From Octopus sinensis (lineage: Eukaryota): a stretch of DNA of 64,000 nt. The notes beneath the pieces were generated by a model. It was not told the origin of the DNA, did no database searches, and worked only from the letters and a program-made list of their open reading frames with translations. This document shows positions 49,653-64,000 of this stretch, in pieces (the first letter of the stretch is position 1; each line of letters opens with the position of its first letter). Location: positions 72,292,001 to 72,356,000 of the forward strand of contig NC_043000.1 in the NCBI RefSeq assembly GCF_006345805.1. Direction: 5' to 3'. The translations under genes and the position numbers were made by a program.

Positions 49653-52600
49653 AATTCTTTTTATTGGCCACAAGGGCTGACACACATGATTAGTAAACAT
49701 AAAGGGACAAAACAGGACGAAAGGTTACAAAGGGCTTTGTCCGTTTTTGAAAAAATCCGAGTAAAAACTGTTTAACAACGAAAGATTATAACAATGAAAA
49801 AACTCCCAATAGGGGGAGGCGCTTCGAAAGGTTCCTGGTGGAAAAAAAACCCATAAAAGCCAACGGGAGCCTGGTCAAAAGGGGGGTAGAGAGCCCCTTT
49901 CTCCTTTTATAAAACCTTTTTCAATCACAGGCGAAACCTGAGAATTGGTCCATTTATACTGGCCATTCTCGCACAATTCACCCACCTTTCAGAAAACTTG
50001 CTATCGGACAGCACTCTCCTCTCTAACCTCATCTTCCTTTTCAAGTGAAACTTGAAAAAGTTGATGAGGCCTTGACCAAAGAGGAAAGTGTCTGACTTTA
50101 GCCCTTTCAAACGGGTCCACCATACAATCTCTTTCGCCACAGCCACTAGGCACAGGAAAACGGCCTCGCCCTCCTTGTTAAAGGAGGTCGGCGGGGCAAT
50201 CTTCACTATGGATTCGGCTGATAGCCGGATCCGTCCTATACGCGACAGTAGCTGTTCGACATAAACCCATAGTTCAGCAATACTCGGGCACTGGACGAGT
50301 GCGTGCAGAACGGTTTCGTCGTTCTAGCAACACCTCGGGCATGCCCGGCTGACGGCACTTCCGTGCCGATAGAGTTTATCCCGAACAGGCAGAGCCCCTC
50401 GGTAGCACTGCCAAGCGAGCGACCTCTGGAAATTATCCATTGGCCCCGGCCCGAAAGTCCTTCCGAACAGACCGCTCAGTTCGTTATCATCAACGCCTAG
50501 AGTTTCCCCGAGAACGTCGTCGCATTTTTCCTCCACTAACCTTCTATAGAATGCTAGAGTGGAACTAAAACCGATCGCATTGCCCGCCCGGCGGAGGGCG
50601 GAGAGAGCTTGATGGCACTCGAGGTGCCAAGCGCCCTTTCTTGGTCTACGTTTGATCCAGGTCTGCAGCTCTGTCAAAGAGACGAGCTGCGGAAAGTCGC
50701 GTCTGACAAAAGACGACCACACCTGATTACCGTCTAGGAAACGCTTGAGATGTCGCAGCCTGAGTGCATGTCTGCGCATCAGTAGCCAAGGCCTCCGTTC
50801 AGCGGTCGTTGACAGCAGATGGATCGCCTGACCAGTGGCACCTGACCCTTCCACAAAAAGTCGAAGAGCAGGCGTACCAGCTTGGCCAACCAGCGGTTGG
50901 GACAAGGGACAACGGTCAAGCGGTAATAGATGACGGATGCGATGTATGCATTCGCCACCTCCGCTCGACCTTTCAGGGACAGCTTCCTCTCGGCCCATTT
51001 CTGGGTGAGACGTGCCACCCTGCTCGTCACTTCTTCCCAGTTTTTATCCACCTGGAGGTCCGGACCGAACTGGACCCCGAGCAGTTTAAAGGGTCCGTCT
51101 GTCCAGCGCCGTACGACGCTGTTGGACGGCATGGGCTTACCTCTCCAGGTGCCCAGTTGCAAGCCCACAGACTTTTCCGCGTTAATCTTTGCCCCTGTCA
51201 CCGCTTCGTACTCGTTTAGTGTCTCGCCAATCAGGCCAATGTGCCTGTGGTTCGACACCATCACGGTGACGTCGTCGGCATTGGCAGACATGCTGTTTCC
51301 GCCTCCTAGATCGCGCGGGATACCCCTCAAAGCCTCCAACTTGCGCAGTAATAGCTCGAGAGTCAATATGTACAAGAGGGAGGAGAGAGGGCATCCTTGG
51401 CGGACCGAACGCGAGATGTCAAACGGTTCCGAAAAGTGACTGTTCACCCGTATCACCGAGCAGATGTTGCTGTATAAAGCAGCGATCCACCCGCGGAAGA
51501 CTGGACCGAAGCCGGCTGCCTTGAGAACAGCTGCCAGGTACCGATGGTCGACCCTATCAAAGGCTTCACTCTGATCTAAGTTGATCAAAGCCCCACCCGC
51601 GCCAGCGTCGTTACCCACCCTCTCTATGATGTAGCGCATGAGATGGAGGTTGTCGTGTATCGACCTGGTCGGCACGCCGCATGTCTGCGTCTTGCCGACC
51701 AGCTTGTCCACGACAAGCGCCAATCTCTTGGCTAGCACCTTGGCCAAAATCTTCAACTCTGCATTGAGCAGAGTGATGGGCCGAAAATTCCCTATAATGT
51801 CCCCCTTGTTTGGGTCCTTTTTTAGCAAAGCCCCCATCCCCCCGACAGACAAAAGCAGGAATTCTCCCGTTTTGCTGCCAGTTGCAGTAGACGTTTGCCA
51901 ACAGGCCCGCAAACAAGTCTGGCATTGAAGTGTAAAGCTCGTAGGGCAGACCATCCAAACCCGGCGATCTACCTCTCGTGCAACTCTTCATCGCTTCCTC
52001 CACTTCCCAGGCAGATATCGGTCCTTCGCAGCACTCTGCCTCGCTGTCCGAGAGTTGCGGTAGGCCGTCCAGGTACACACCGAAGTCTGCACCATTGTGC
52101 GTTCCACCGCTCGTCTCAAACAGTTGAGCAAAGTACCGCTGAAACACCGTACACATCTGCTTCGGTTCGGTAAACTCGCGCCCGTTCTGGTCCACCAAAG
52201 ACCGAATGGTTGCTTTGTTGCCTCGCTTCGCCTCCGCCACGCGGGCCCATCGAGCGGCTCTAGTCCCCTCCCCGCTTAGCGAACGTGCCTTAGCTCTGAC
52301 AACGCAGCCTTCGTGTTTAGCGTCAAAGTTTTGTTCGAGGGCCAACCTTGCCGCCAACACGTCGGTCGCGATGTCAGTCTCAAGAGCCTCGTCTAGTTTC
52401 TTAACTAAATCTCGCTCTCTTCCTACGTTCAATAGCTAGAGTCTTACTAAATCTAATCGACTCTACTCTAATTGCTCTCTTGAGGGCAAACCACCAGTTG
52501 TTGTTGATGATTGCCCCCGTGAGCGCCCGCTTAACTAGTAAACTAATCCGGTCTCTGTAAGCTTTGCACGCCGTTAACGACGCGTTCAGCTTCCAGTAGC

Positions 52601-55014
52601 CGGGTCCCTGTCTATGTAGCCTATCTAAGTCGACCGTACAGATCACGAATTTGTGGTCCGTGTAGTCGACTAGGTGGAATTGTGGATACCCTATGCTGTC
52701 CTTATCCACTGGCCTACAAAACACTCTATCTAAGTACGATCTAGACGACCCGATGCGATTGATCCAAGTCCACATTGGCACATTCGGGTTGTTTAGTCGA
52801 AACCTGTCGGACAGCTGAAAGCGTCCGAGTAGGTTGGCGAGGCTCTTGCACCCTCTTCTCCTATCAGACGCTCCCCTGCCCACCCGATCGAAACGTTCGT
52901 CTAAGACAGCGTTCCAATCCCCAACTAACACTAGAGTGCGTGACGTTCCCAGGAAAACTTCCAGACGTTTGAAATAATCCGACTGCCCTGCTCCTGTCGG
53001 AGCGTAGGCAGCCAGCAGTCTGAAAGCACCGCCGTCACTACCGTCTACGTCGAGGACCACTAACTTACTTTCCGGATCCAGGAAGACTGTCCTTATTTTC
53101 AAGTCCAGCCCCTTCCGAAACAACATCGCAGTACCACCACCGCCCGCTCCCGGCCGACACGGAGATAGAAATATCTCGTATCAGCCGAAAAGGGCTGCGA
53201 GTTCCTGCGGGTCGGAGAGCCTGGTTTCACTGATGGCTGCTACATCCACATCATGAAACCTCAGGTCGTTTAACAGGTGACTCTGTTTCCAAGGTGACCC
53301 GAGGCCTCTCACATTCAAGCAACCGATTCTAAGTTTTGTCATGTTTCAAAGGTGGAAAAAAAAATAAAAGGAGAAAAAGGCTCTACGTACTGTTGTTGGT
53401 GGTGGGAGTGGCTCCCTTGTGCTTTTGCACGGGTGCTTCGATTATATTTTAATAAAGTTTCTTTGAGAAACTTTTCCCTAGCGATTCGACATCGTTAGGG
53501 AATATTTGTTTTATTTCACTATATGTTTTTTGATTGATTTTTATTGTGAGAATGTGTGCTGGTGGTGTGTTGTGTGTTGATATAACGAAATCTTCAATTT
53601 GTGTACTTGTATTGTCTTTTAGATATGTAACTATTTTTTCATTTTTTGTGTTTATTGCTGTAATCGTGTCTGTTGGTGTTGGTGTGTACGGCAGTGGCAG
53701 TAGTGGCGTCGAAAGTGTTGTTGTGAGTGTGTGTTGTTGTTGTTGTTGATGATGTTGGGAAGCACTATTTGTTCGTGCTTCCCCTGTGTGTCCTTTTGTT
53801 TTTTCCTCCTTTTCTTCTTTGGAGGCACTGTGTGCCATTCCCCTTTCTCGGTATCAGTGCTCGCACAATCCGAGCTGTCCTGATCCGGAAAGGGGATGGC
53901 TGTCAGCAGGGCGAAGGATTTTTGTTGGTTCTGCTGGTAGCGGTGGTGTTGCTGTGTCTATTGGTGATGATGACAGTGTTGGTGTTTCTCCTTGTTTCTT
54001 GTTGTCGTTTTTCTTGGTGCTGGGGTTGGTGTTGGTTTGGTGGTTGTTGTTGGAGGTGGTGTCGTTCGTCGTGGTGGTGGTGATGGTGTTGGTGATGTGG
54101 CAGCCTTTGGTGTTTCGTGCTGTTGTTGTTGTTTCTGTTGTTGTTGTTGTTGTTGTGTTGTTGTTGTTGTTGTTGTTGTTGTTGCTGCTGCTGCTGCTGC
54201 CTCTTGTTGAATGCCTCCATTCTTTTTTGTGAATGGGGCAGTCCTTCTTCAGGTGGTTTTCGCTACTGCAGAGGTAACATTTTGGCTTTCGCCCCTCCAC
54301 AGTAACGTGCAGCTTGGTTCCGTCTGGTAAAATGACTGAGTCAGGTATGGCATTAATGTTTTCCTGCTGGATTTGTACCAGCAGTTGAATACCCATACCT
54401 GACCAGTTCTTCTCTCTTACCCTTCGAACATCTAGAATAGTGGCAGTGTCCTCTATGTCATAGAGGACAGCCGCCACCAGCCATGATATACTGAGTTCGG
54501 GGGGTATTATATTAATTTTAATTTTTTGTACTTTCCGCCCAAGGTATGATGGGACCAGAAAGAAATTTTCATTTTGCAAGGGCGAAATGGCATGCGCCCT
54601 TGCATCGTCTTCCGTTGGGAAGCGAACCTCCACCGTCCCGTAACACTTCCCTCTTGTGACATAGCTCTTTTTGACCCATATGGGTTTAAGAGCCATTTCC
54701 AATTGTTGATGTGTTGCATTAGTTATTTTTTTGGTTTTCTTGTCGAAAACTTTATAAATTATAGTTTTTTTGTTTCGTTTATGAGTTGTTGAGGTGTATT
54801 GAGGAAGACACTATTTTCCTCTTTTTTCAACAACCCCTTTGCAGATTTTATTTCGTCAAATGTAATTTCAATTTGTTCTGTGTCTTGTTTTGTGATGGAA
54901 GCAAAATTGCTATGGTGGTTTGTTGTGTTGTTGCTGGTGGTGTTGTCGGTGATGCTGTTTGTTATTTTCTTTTCTTCTTTCTCCCCTACTGTTGCACTTA
55001 TGGAATGAAGTGAA
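49653..55014 (-). mobile_element. Tx1-clade LINE, nearly complete (ORF1 5'-truncated; ORF2 53342 to 49925 with several disablements)
   Basis: ORF1 zinc knuckle CYLCSSENHLKKDC; APE, GPGYWKLNASL, RT and CPRC..HALVQC; (ATT)n tail on its own strand. Confidence 0.93.
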
Positions 55015-57662
<2,648 letters not shown>

Positions 57663-57882
57663 CTCCCGACGCCGATGGACGTACGTGAATCAGCTCTGTG
57701 AGTTTTGTGCCAATTTTGTTGGAAATTTTTTAATAAGCTTGAATATTTTTTAATATTTTTGTAGCCAAACCGACCGGCTTCTTGCGGAGCTCGTCGGTTG
57801 GGCGAAGTTTTGCCCCTTCGGGGTGAAATTGCTCTTTATTACATTGAAGTTGACATTTTTTATGCACACACACATTTACAAA

Positions 57883-59027
57883 ATGGCTTTAAAACGAGCT
57901 GCTGGCTCTTCCCTCCTTCTTGCAACACCCCCTCCACAAGAACAAAAGGCAACGTCACGGGTTACGTACAACCCATTTCAAGCCGTAAAAGGCAACAAAG
58001 ATCCTCCTTCCGAACCGGAGTGCACGCGCTCGGTTCAAAAGGAGAATGCAAGCCAGGACGTCGCGTTCGACGTCACTCTTGATTTCCCTCCTCTGCCTTC
58101 AACAAGTGATGCTGTACCGAAGAGGGAGGAAAAGAAACTTATAGCAGACAAAAATACAGACAAGAACCAACAAAAAAATGTTAAAAACTCTAACGATTTT
58201 GCTTCTGCTGCGAAGCAAATTTCGGAAGATGTAGATATAACGATGGAGGACATAAAGATGGCACAAGATTTGTTGAGAAAGGAGGGGAACAGTGTTTTCC
58301 TCAACACACCTCAACAACTCACACAAGAGACAAACAAAAGAACAATCTTTTATAAAGTCTTCGAAAAGAAAACTAAAAGATTGTTTAACGCCACACCACA
58401 ACAGTTAGAGATGGCTCTGAAGCCCATTTGGGGCCAGAAGAGCTATGTGACAAGAGGGAAGCGATTTGGAACCGTGGAGGTTCGCTTCCCAACAGAGGAG
58501 CTTGCAAGGGCGAACGCCATTTCGCCCTTGCAAAATGAACATTTGTTCCTCGTCCCGACGTACCTCGGGCGTAAGGTACAAAAAATAACTATAAGCACAA
58601 TACCCCCCGAACAGAAAATCTCATGGCTAGTGGCGGCTGTCCTCTATGGCATAGAGGACACTGCCACTATTCTGAATGTTCGGAGGGTACGAGAAAAGAA
58701 CTGGTCAGGCATGGGAATTCAACTGCTGGTACAGATCCAGCAGGAAAACATCAATGCCATACCTGACTTTGTCATCTTGCTGGATGGGACAAGNNNNNNN
58801 NNNNNNNNNNNNNNNNNNNNNNNNNNNNNNNNNNNNNNNNNNNNNNNNNNNNNNNNNNNNNNNNNNNNNNNNNNNNNNNNNNNNNNNNNNNNNAAATAAA
58901 ACAAATATTCCCTAACGATGTGGGATCGCTAGGGAAAAGTTTCTCTCAGAAACTTTACAAAAATATCATTGAAGCACCCGTGCAAAAGCACAAGGGAGCC
59001 ACCCCCACCACCAACAACAGTAAGTAG
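57883..59027 (+). CDS. Tx1 ORF1 (RRM-like/knuckle-type nucleic-acid-binding protein), interrupted by the assembly gap
   Basis: ATG at 57883; homologous to the minus-copy ORF1; TAG at 59025-59027. Confidence 0.8.
58794..58893. other. Assembly gap (100 N, nominal size)
   Basis: N run. The homologous segment in the minus copy is ~800 bp and repeat-rich. Confidence 0.98.
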
Positions 59028-59068
59028 AGCCTTTTTTCTCCTTTTTTTTTTCCCCTAACTTTTGAAAC

Positions 59069-62000
59069 ATGGCAAATCTTAGAATCGGTTGCTTGAATGT
59101 GAGAGGCCTCGGGTCACCTTGGAAACAGGGTCACCTGTAAACGACCTGAGGTTTCATGATGTGGATGTAGCAGCCATCAGTGAAACCAGGCTCTCCGACC
59201 CGCAGGAACTCGCAGCCCTTTTCGGCGGATACGAGATATTTCTATCTCCGTGTCGGCCGGGAGCGGGCGGTGGTGGTACTGCGGTGTTGTTTCGGAAGGG
59301 CCTGGACCTGAAAATAAGGACAGTCTTCTTGGATCCGGAAGGTAAGTTGGTGGTCCTCGACGTGGACGGTAGTGACGGCGGTGCTTTCAGACTGCTGGCT
59401 GCCTACGCTCCGACAGGAGCAGGGCAGTCGGATTATTTCAAACGTCTGGAAGTTTTCCTGGGAACGTCACGCACTCTAGTACTAGTTGGGGATTGGAACG
59501 CTGTCTTAGACGAACGTTTCGATCGGGTGGGCAGGGGAGCGTCTGATAGGAGAGGGGGAGGGTGCAAGAGCCTCGCCAACCTACTCGGCCGCTTTCAGCT
59601 GTCCGACAGGTTTCGACTAGACAACCCGAATGTGCCAATGTGGACTTGGACAAACTGCATCGGGTCGTCTAGATCGTACTTAGATAGAGTGTTTTGTAGG
59701 CCAGCGGATAAGGACAGCGTAGGGTGTCCACAATTCCACCTAGTCGAATATACGGACCACAAATTAGTGATCTGTACGGTCGACTTAGATAGGCTACATA
59801 GACAGGGACCCGGCTACTGGAAGCTGAACGCGTCGTTAACGGCGTGCAAAGCTTACAGAGACCGGATTAGTTTACTAGTTAAGCGGGCGCTCACGGGGGC
59901 AATCATCAACAACAACTGGTGGTTTGCCCTCAAGAGAGCAATTAGAGTAGAGTCGATTAGGTATAGTAAGACTCTAGCTATTGAACGTAGGAAGAGAGAG
60001 CGGGATTTAGTTAAGAAACTAGACGAGGCTCTTGACACTGGCATCGCGACCGACGTGTTGGCGGCAAGGTTGGCCCTCGACCAACACTTCGACGCCAAAC
60101 ACGAAGGCTGCGTTGTCAGAGCTAAGGCACGTTCGCTAAGCGGGGAGGGGACTAGAGCCGCTCGATGGGCCCGCGTGGCGGAGGCGAAGCGAGGCAACAG
60201 AGCAACCATTCGGTCTTTGGTGGACCAGAACGGGCGCGAGGTTACCCAACCGAAGCAGATGTGTACGGTGCTTCAGCGGCACTTTGCTCAACTGTTTGGG
60301 ACGAGCGGTGGAACGGACACCAACGGTACAGACTTCGGTGTGTACCTGGACGGACTGCCGCAACTCTCGGACAGCGAGGCAGAGTGCTGCGAAGGACCGA
60401 TATCTGCCTGGGAAGTACAGGAAGCGATGAAGAGTTGCACGAGAGGTAGATCGCCGGGTTTGGATGGTCTGCCCTACGAGCTTTACTTTTCAATGCCAGA
60501 CTTGTTTGCGGACCTGTTGGCAAACGTCTACTGCAACTGGCAGCAAAACGGGAGAATTCCTGCTTTTGTCTGTCGAGGGGTGGTGGCTTTGCTAAAGAAG
60601 GACCCAAACAAGGGGGACGTTATAGGTAATTTCCGGCCCATCACTCTGCTCAATGCAGAGTTGAAGATTTTGGCCAAGGTGCTAGCCAAGAGATTGGCGC
60701 TTGTCGTGGACAAGCTGGTCGGCGGGACGCAGACATGCGCCGTGCCGACCAGGTCGATACACGACAGCCTCCATCTCATGCGCTACATCATAAAGAGGGT
60801 GGGTAACGACGCTGGCGCGGGTGGGGCTTTGATCAACTTGGATCAGAGTAAAGCCTTCGATAGGGTCGACCATCGGTACCTGGCAGCTGTCCTCAAGGCA
60901 GCCGGCTTCGGTCCAGTCTTCCGCGGGTGGATCGCTGCTTTATACAGCAACATCTGCTCGGTGATACGGGTGAACGGTCACCTTTCGGAACCGTTCGACA
61001 TCTCGCGTTCGGTCCGCCAAGGATGCCCTCTCTCCTCCCTCTTGTACATTTTGACTCTCGAGCCATTACTGCGCAAGTTGGAGGCTTTGAGGGGCATCCC
61101 GCGCGATCTAGGAGGCGGAAACAGCGTGTCTGCTTATGCCGACGACGTCACCGTGGTGGTGTCGATCCACAGGCACATTGGCCTGATTGGCGAGACGCTA
61201 AACCAGTACGAAGCGGTGACAGGGGCAAAGATTAACGCGGAAAAGTCTGTGGGCTTGCAACTGGGCACCTGGAGAGGCAAGCCCATGCCGTCCAACAGCG
61301 TCGTAGGGCGCTGGACAGACGGACCCGTTAAACTGCTCGGGGTCTGGTTCGGTCTGGACCTCCAGGTGGATAAGAACTGGGAAGAGGTGACGAGCAGGGT
61401 GGCACGTCTCACCCAGAAATGGGCCGAGAGGAAGCTGTCCCTGAAAGGTCGAGCGGAGGTGGCAAATGCGTACATCGCATCCGTCATCTTTTACCGCTTG
61501 ACCGTCGTCCCTTGTCCCGACCGCTGGTTGGCCAAGCTGGTACGCCTGCTCTTCGACTTTTTGTGGAAGGGTCAGGTGCCACTGGTCAGGCGATCCATCT
61601 GCTGTCAACGACCGCTGAACGGAGGCCTTGGAATGCCGTGGTTGCTGTTGCGCAGACATGCGCTCAGGCTGCGGCATCTCAAGCGCTTCCTAGACGGTGA
61701 ACAGGTGTGGTCGTCTTTTGTCAGACGCGATTTTCCGCAGCTCGTCTCTTTGACGGAGCTGCAGACCTGGATCAAACGTAGACCGAGAAAGGGCGCTTGG
61801 CACCTCGATTGCCGTCAAGCCCTCTCCGCCCTCCGCCAGGCGGGCAATGCGGTCGGTTACAGCTCCACTCTAGCGTTCTATAGAGGGTTAGTGGAGGAAA
61901 AATGCGACGACGTTCTCGGGGAAACTCTAGGCGTTGAAGACGACGAACTGAGCGGTCTGTTCGGGAGGACTTTCGGGCCGGGCCGATGGATAATTTCCAG

Positions 62001-62501
62001 AGGTCTCTCGCCTGGCAGTGCTACAGAGGGGCTCTGCCTGTTCGAGATAAACTCTACCGGCACGGAACTGCCGTCAGCCGGGCCTGCCCGAGGTGTTGCC
62101 AGGACGACGAAACCGTTCTGCACGCACTCGTCCAGTGCCCGAGTATTGCTGAAATATGGGTTTATGTCGAACAGCTACTGTCACGTGTAGGACGGATCCG
62201 ACTATCGGCCGAATCCATAGTGAAGATTGCCCCGCCGACCTCCTTTAACAAGGAGGGCGAGGCCGTTTTCTTGTGCCTTGTGGCTGTGGCGAAAGAAGTC
62301 GTGTGGTGGACTCGTTTGAAAGGGCTAAAGTCAGACACTTTCCTCTTTGGTCAAGGCCTCATCAACTTTTTCAAGTTTCACTTGAAAAGGAAGATGAGGT
62401 TAGAGAGGAAAGTGCTGTCCGATAGCAAGTTTTATGAAAGGTGGGTGAATTGTGCGAGACTGGCCTGTATAAATGGACCAGTTCTCAGGTTTCGCCTGTG
62501 A
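59069..62501 (+). pseudogene. Tx1 ORF2 (APE-RT-CCHC), open except for two 1-bp deletions (~59138 and ~61981)
   Basis: MANLRIGCLNVRGLGSPWK start. Comparison with the minus copy shows ctgtaaac vs ctgttaaac and ccgggccg vs ccggggcca. Confidence 0.9.
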
Positions 62502-62781
62502 TTTCAAAGAAAAAGGTAATGTAAAAGGAGAAGAAAGGGGACTCTCTACACCCCCTTTTTTTGACCAGGCTCCCGTTGGCTTTTGTAGGGTTTTTTCCAC
62601 CAGGAACCTTTCGAGACGTCTCCCCCTTTTGGGAGTTTTTCATTGTTTTAATAATCATTGCTTTAAAGTTTTTTACACGGATTTTTTAACAAACGGACAA
62701 AACCCTTTGTAACCTTTCGTCCTGTCTTGTCCCTTTATGTAATCATGCGTGTCAGCCCTTGTGGCCAATAAAAAAGAATTG

Positions 62782-62856
<75 letters not shown>
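62782..62856. repeat. (ATT)25 array
   Basis: Direct inspection. Confidence 0.95.
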
Positions 62857-62858
<2 letters not shown>

Positions 62859-64000
62859 AAACGAGGAATTAATGAAATATATAATAACACGCACAAACAT
62901 TGCACCAAAAGATTTTGTCGCACCCACAATCTCCCTACCTGCACACATACAAATCATTCAAACAATACAAAACATATACACACACTTAAAAACCCATTGC
63001 CCACAGGAAATCGGAGATTTTCGAGGGAATATCACCAAGATAATTCTTGGTGATTTGCTGTTGGAAACACCCCAAGCCAATAGGAGGGACGGGCAATCTG
63101 CCCCTCCAAACAAAGCCAAGTAAATTTTCCCTTTCATTTCGTCTCTTTTTCCGACAACATGGTTATGTACAAAATAAGCGGCGTGAATGTACATCAGCTG
63201 GGGTCGCCTTGGAAGCGGGGTCACCTGCTCAACGACCTCAGGGAACTAAATGTGGACGTGGTGGCAATTAGCGAAAGCAGAATTTCCGACCCACGGGACT
63301 TTCGACCTATTTTCGGTGACTCCAAGTCGTCCGGGGGCGGGAGGCGGAGTCGCCGTGATAGTTCAGAAAAATCTGGGTCTTGCAATACAGACGATCTTCC
63401 TGGACCCAGTATGTAAGTCGTTGGTCCTGGACGTGAAAGACAGCAAAGGACTTACTTTTAGGCCAGTTGTCGTCTATGCCCCGTAAGAGGCAGGGCGACC
63501 AGATTTCTTCAGACGCCTGGATACTTTCCTGGGAACTCCCCACTCTTAAATATTAGTGGGGGTTAGAATGGAGTTTTAGACGTAAAGTGGGACTGTGTAG
63601 GTTTAGCAGATAGGAGAGTAGGGTGCGAAAGCCTCGCAAACTTGCTCAGACGATTCCAACTGTCAGGCAGGTATCGACTGGATTTCCCGGAGGTGTCAGT
63701 GTGAACCTGGTCAAACTGCATCGGGTCATCCAGATCGTATCTAAGGCATTTTGTAGAGTAGCTGATAAGGATAGCATAGGTTGTCCACAGTTTAAAGCAG
63801 TCTACTATACAGACCACAAAATTCGTGATCTGTACAGTTGACCTAGATAGGATACTGGTTACTGGAACTGAACACGTCGTTGCCGGCGCGTAAAGGTTTC
63901 ACAAACCGGATTAGTGAACTAGTTGATGAGGGCAATAATCCAAAACAAATGGTGGTTCGCACTTAAAAGAATCAATAAGGTTTAGTAAAGGACTAGCAGT
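62857..64000 (+). mobile_element. Further diverged Tx1 subfamily copy, head-to-tail: ORF1 C-terminus plus decayed APE, running off the window
   Basis: KNEELMKY..DFV..PAHI matches the minus-copy ORF1 end; NVHQLGSPWKRGHLLNDLRELNVDVVAISE. Confidence 0.85.

Overview
AT-rich, microsatellite-dense animal DNA, most likely octopus or another coleoid cephalopod. That assignment is inferred from my recollection of its tRNA-derived SINE families and was not searched. Only one host gene is supportable: a + strand secreted von Willebrand factor A (VWA) domain protein. Its terminal exon is at 10956-11551, and a candidate signal-peptide exon has been amplified to six copies inside a 2.5-kb tandem-plus-inverted palindrome (1990-4498). 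Nearly everything else is transposon-derived: two CR1-group LINEs, three R4/Dong-type families, four Tx1-clade copies, two Ty3/Gypsy remnants, several Penelope-like fragments with hammerhead ribozyme motifs, four SINE families, and two long-TIR foldback elements. The strongest unexplained pattern is the last 19 kb (44.9-64 kb). It is an island of alternating R4/Dong and Tx1 copies joined by (AAT)n tracts, with R4/Dong reading the tract as (AAT)n and Tx1 as (ATT)n at all five tracts. Two SINE families share 3' tails with LINEs in this same window, and one Tx1 fragment is fused to a SINE head. All alignments and translations were done by eye. Boundaries of decayed elements are approximate, and there is one 100-N assembly gap.
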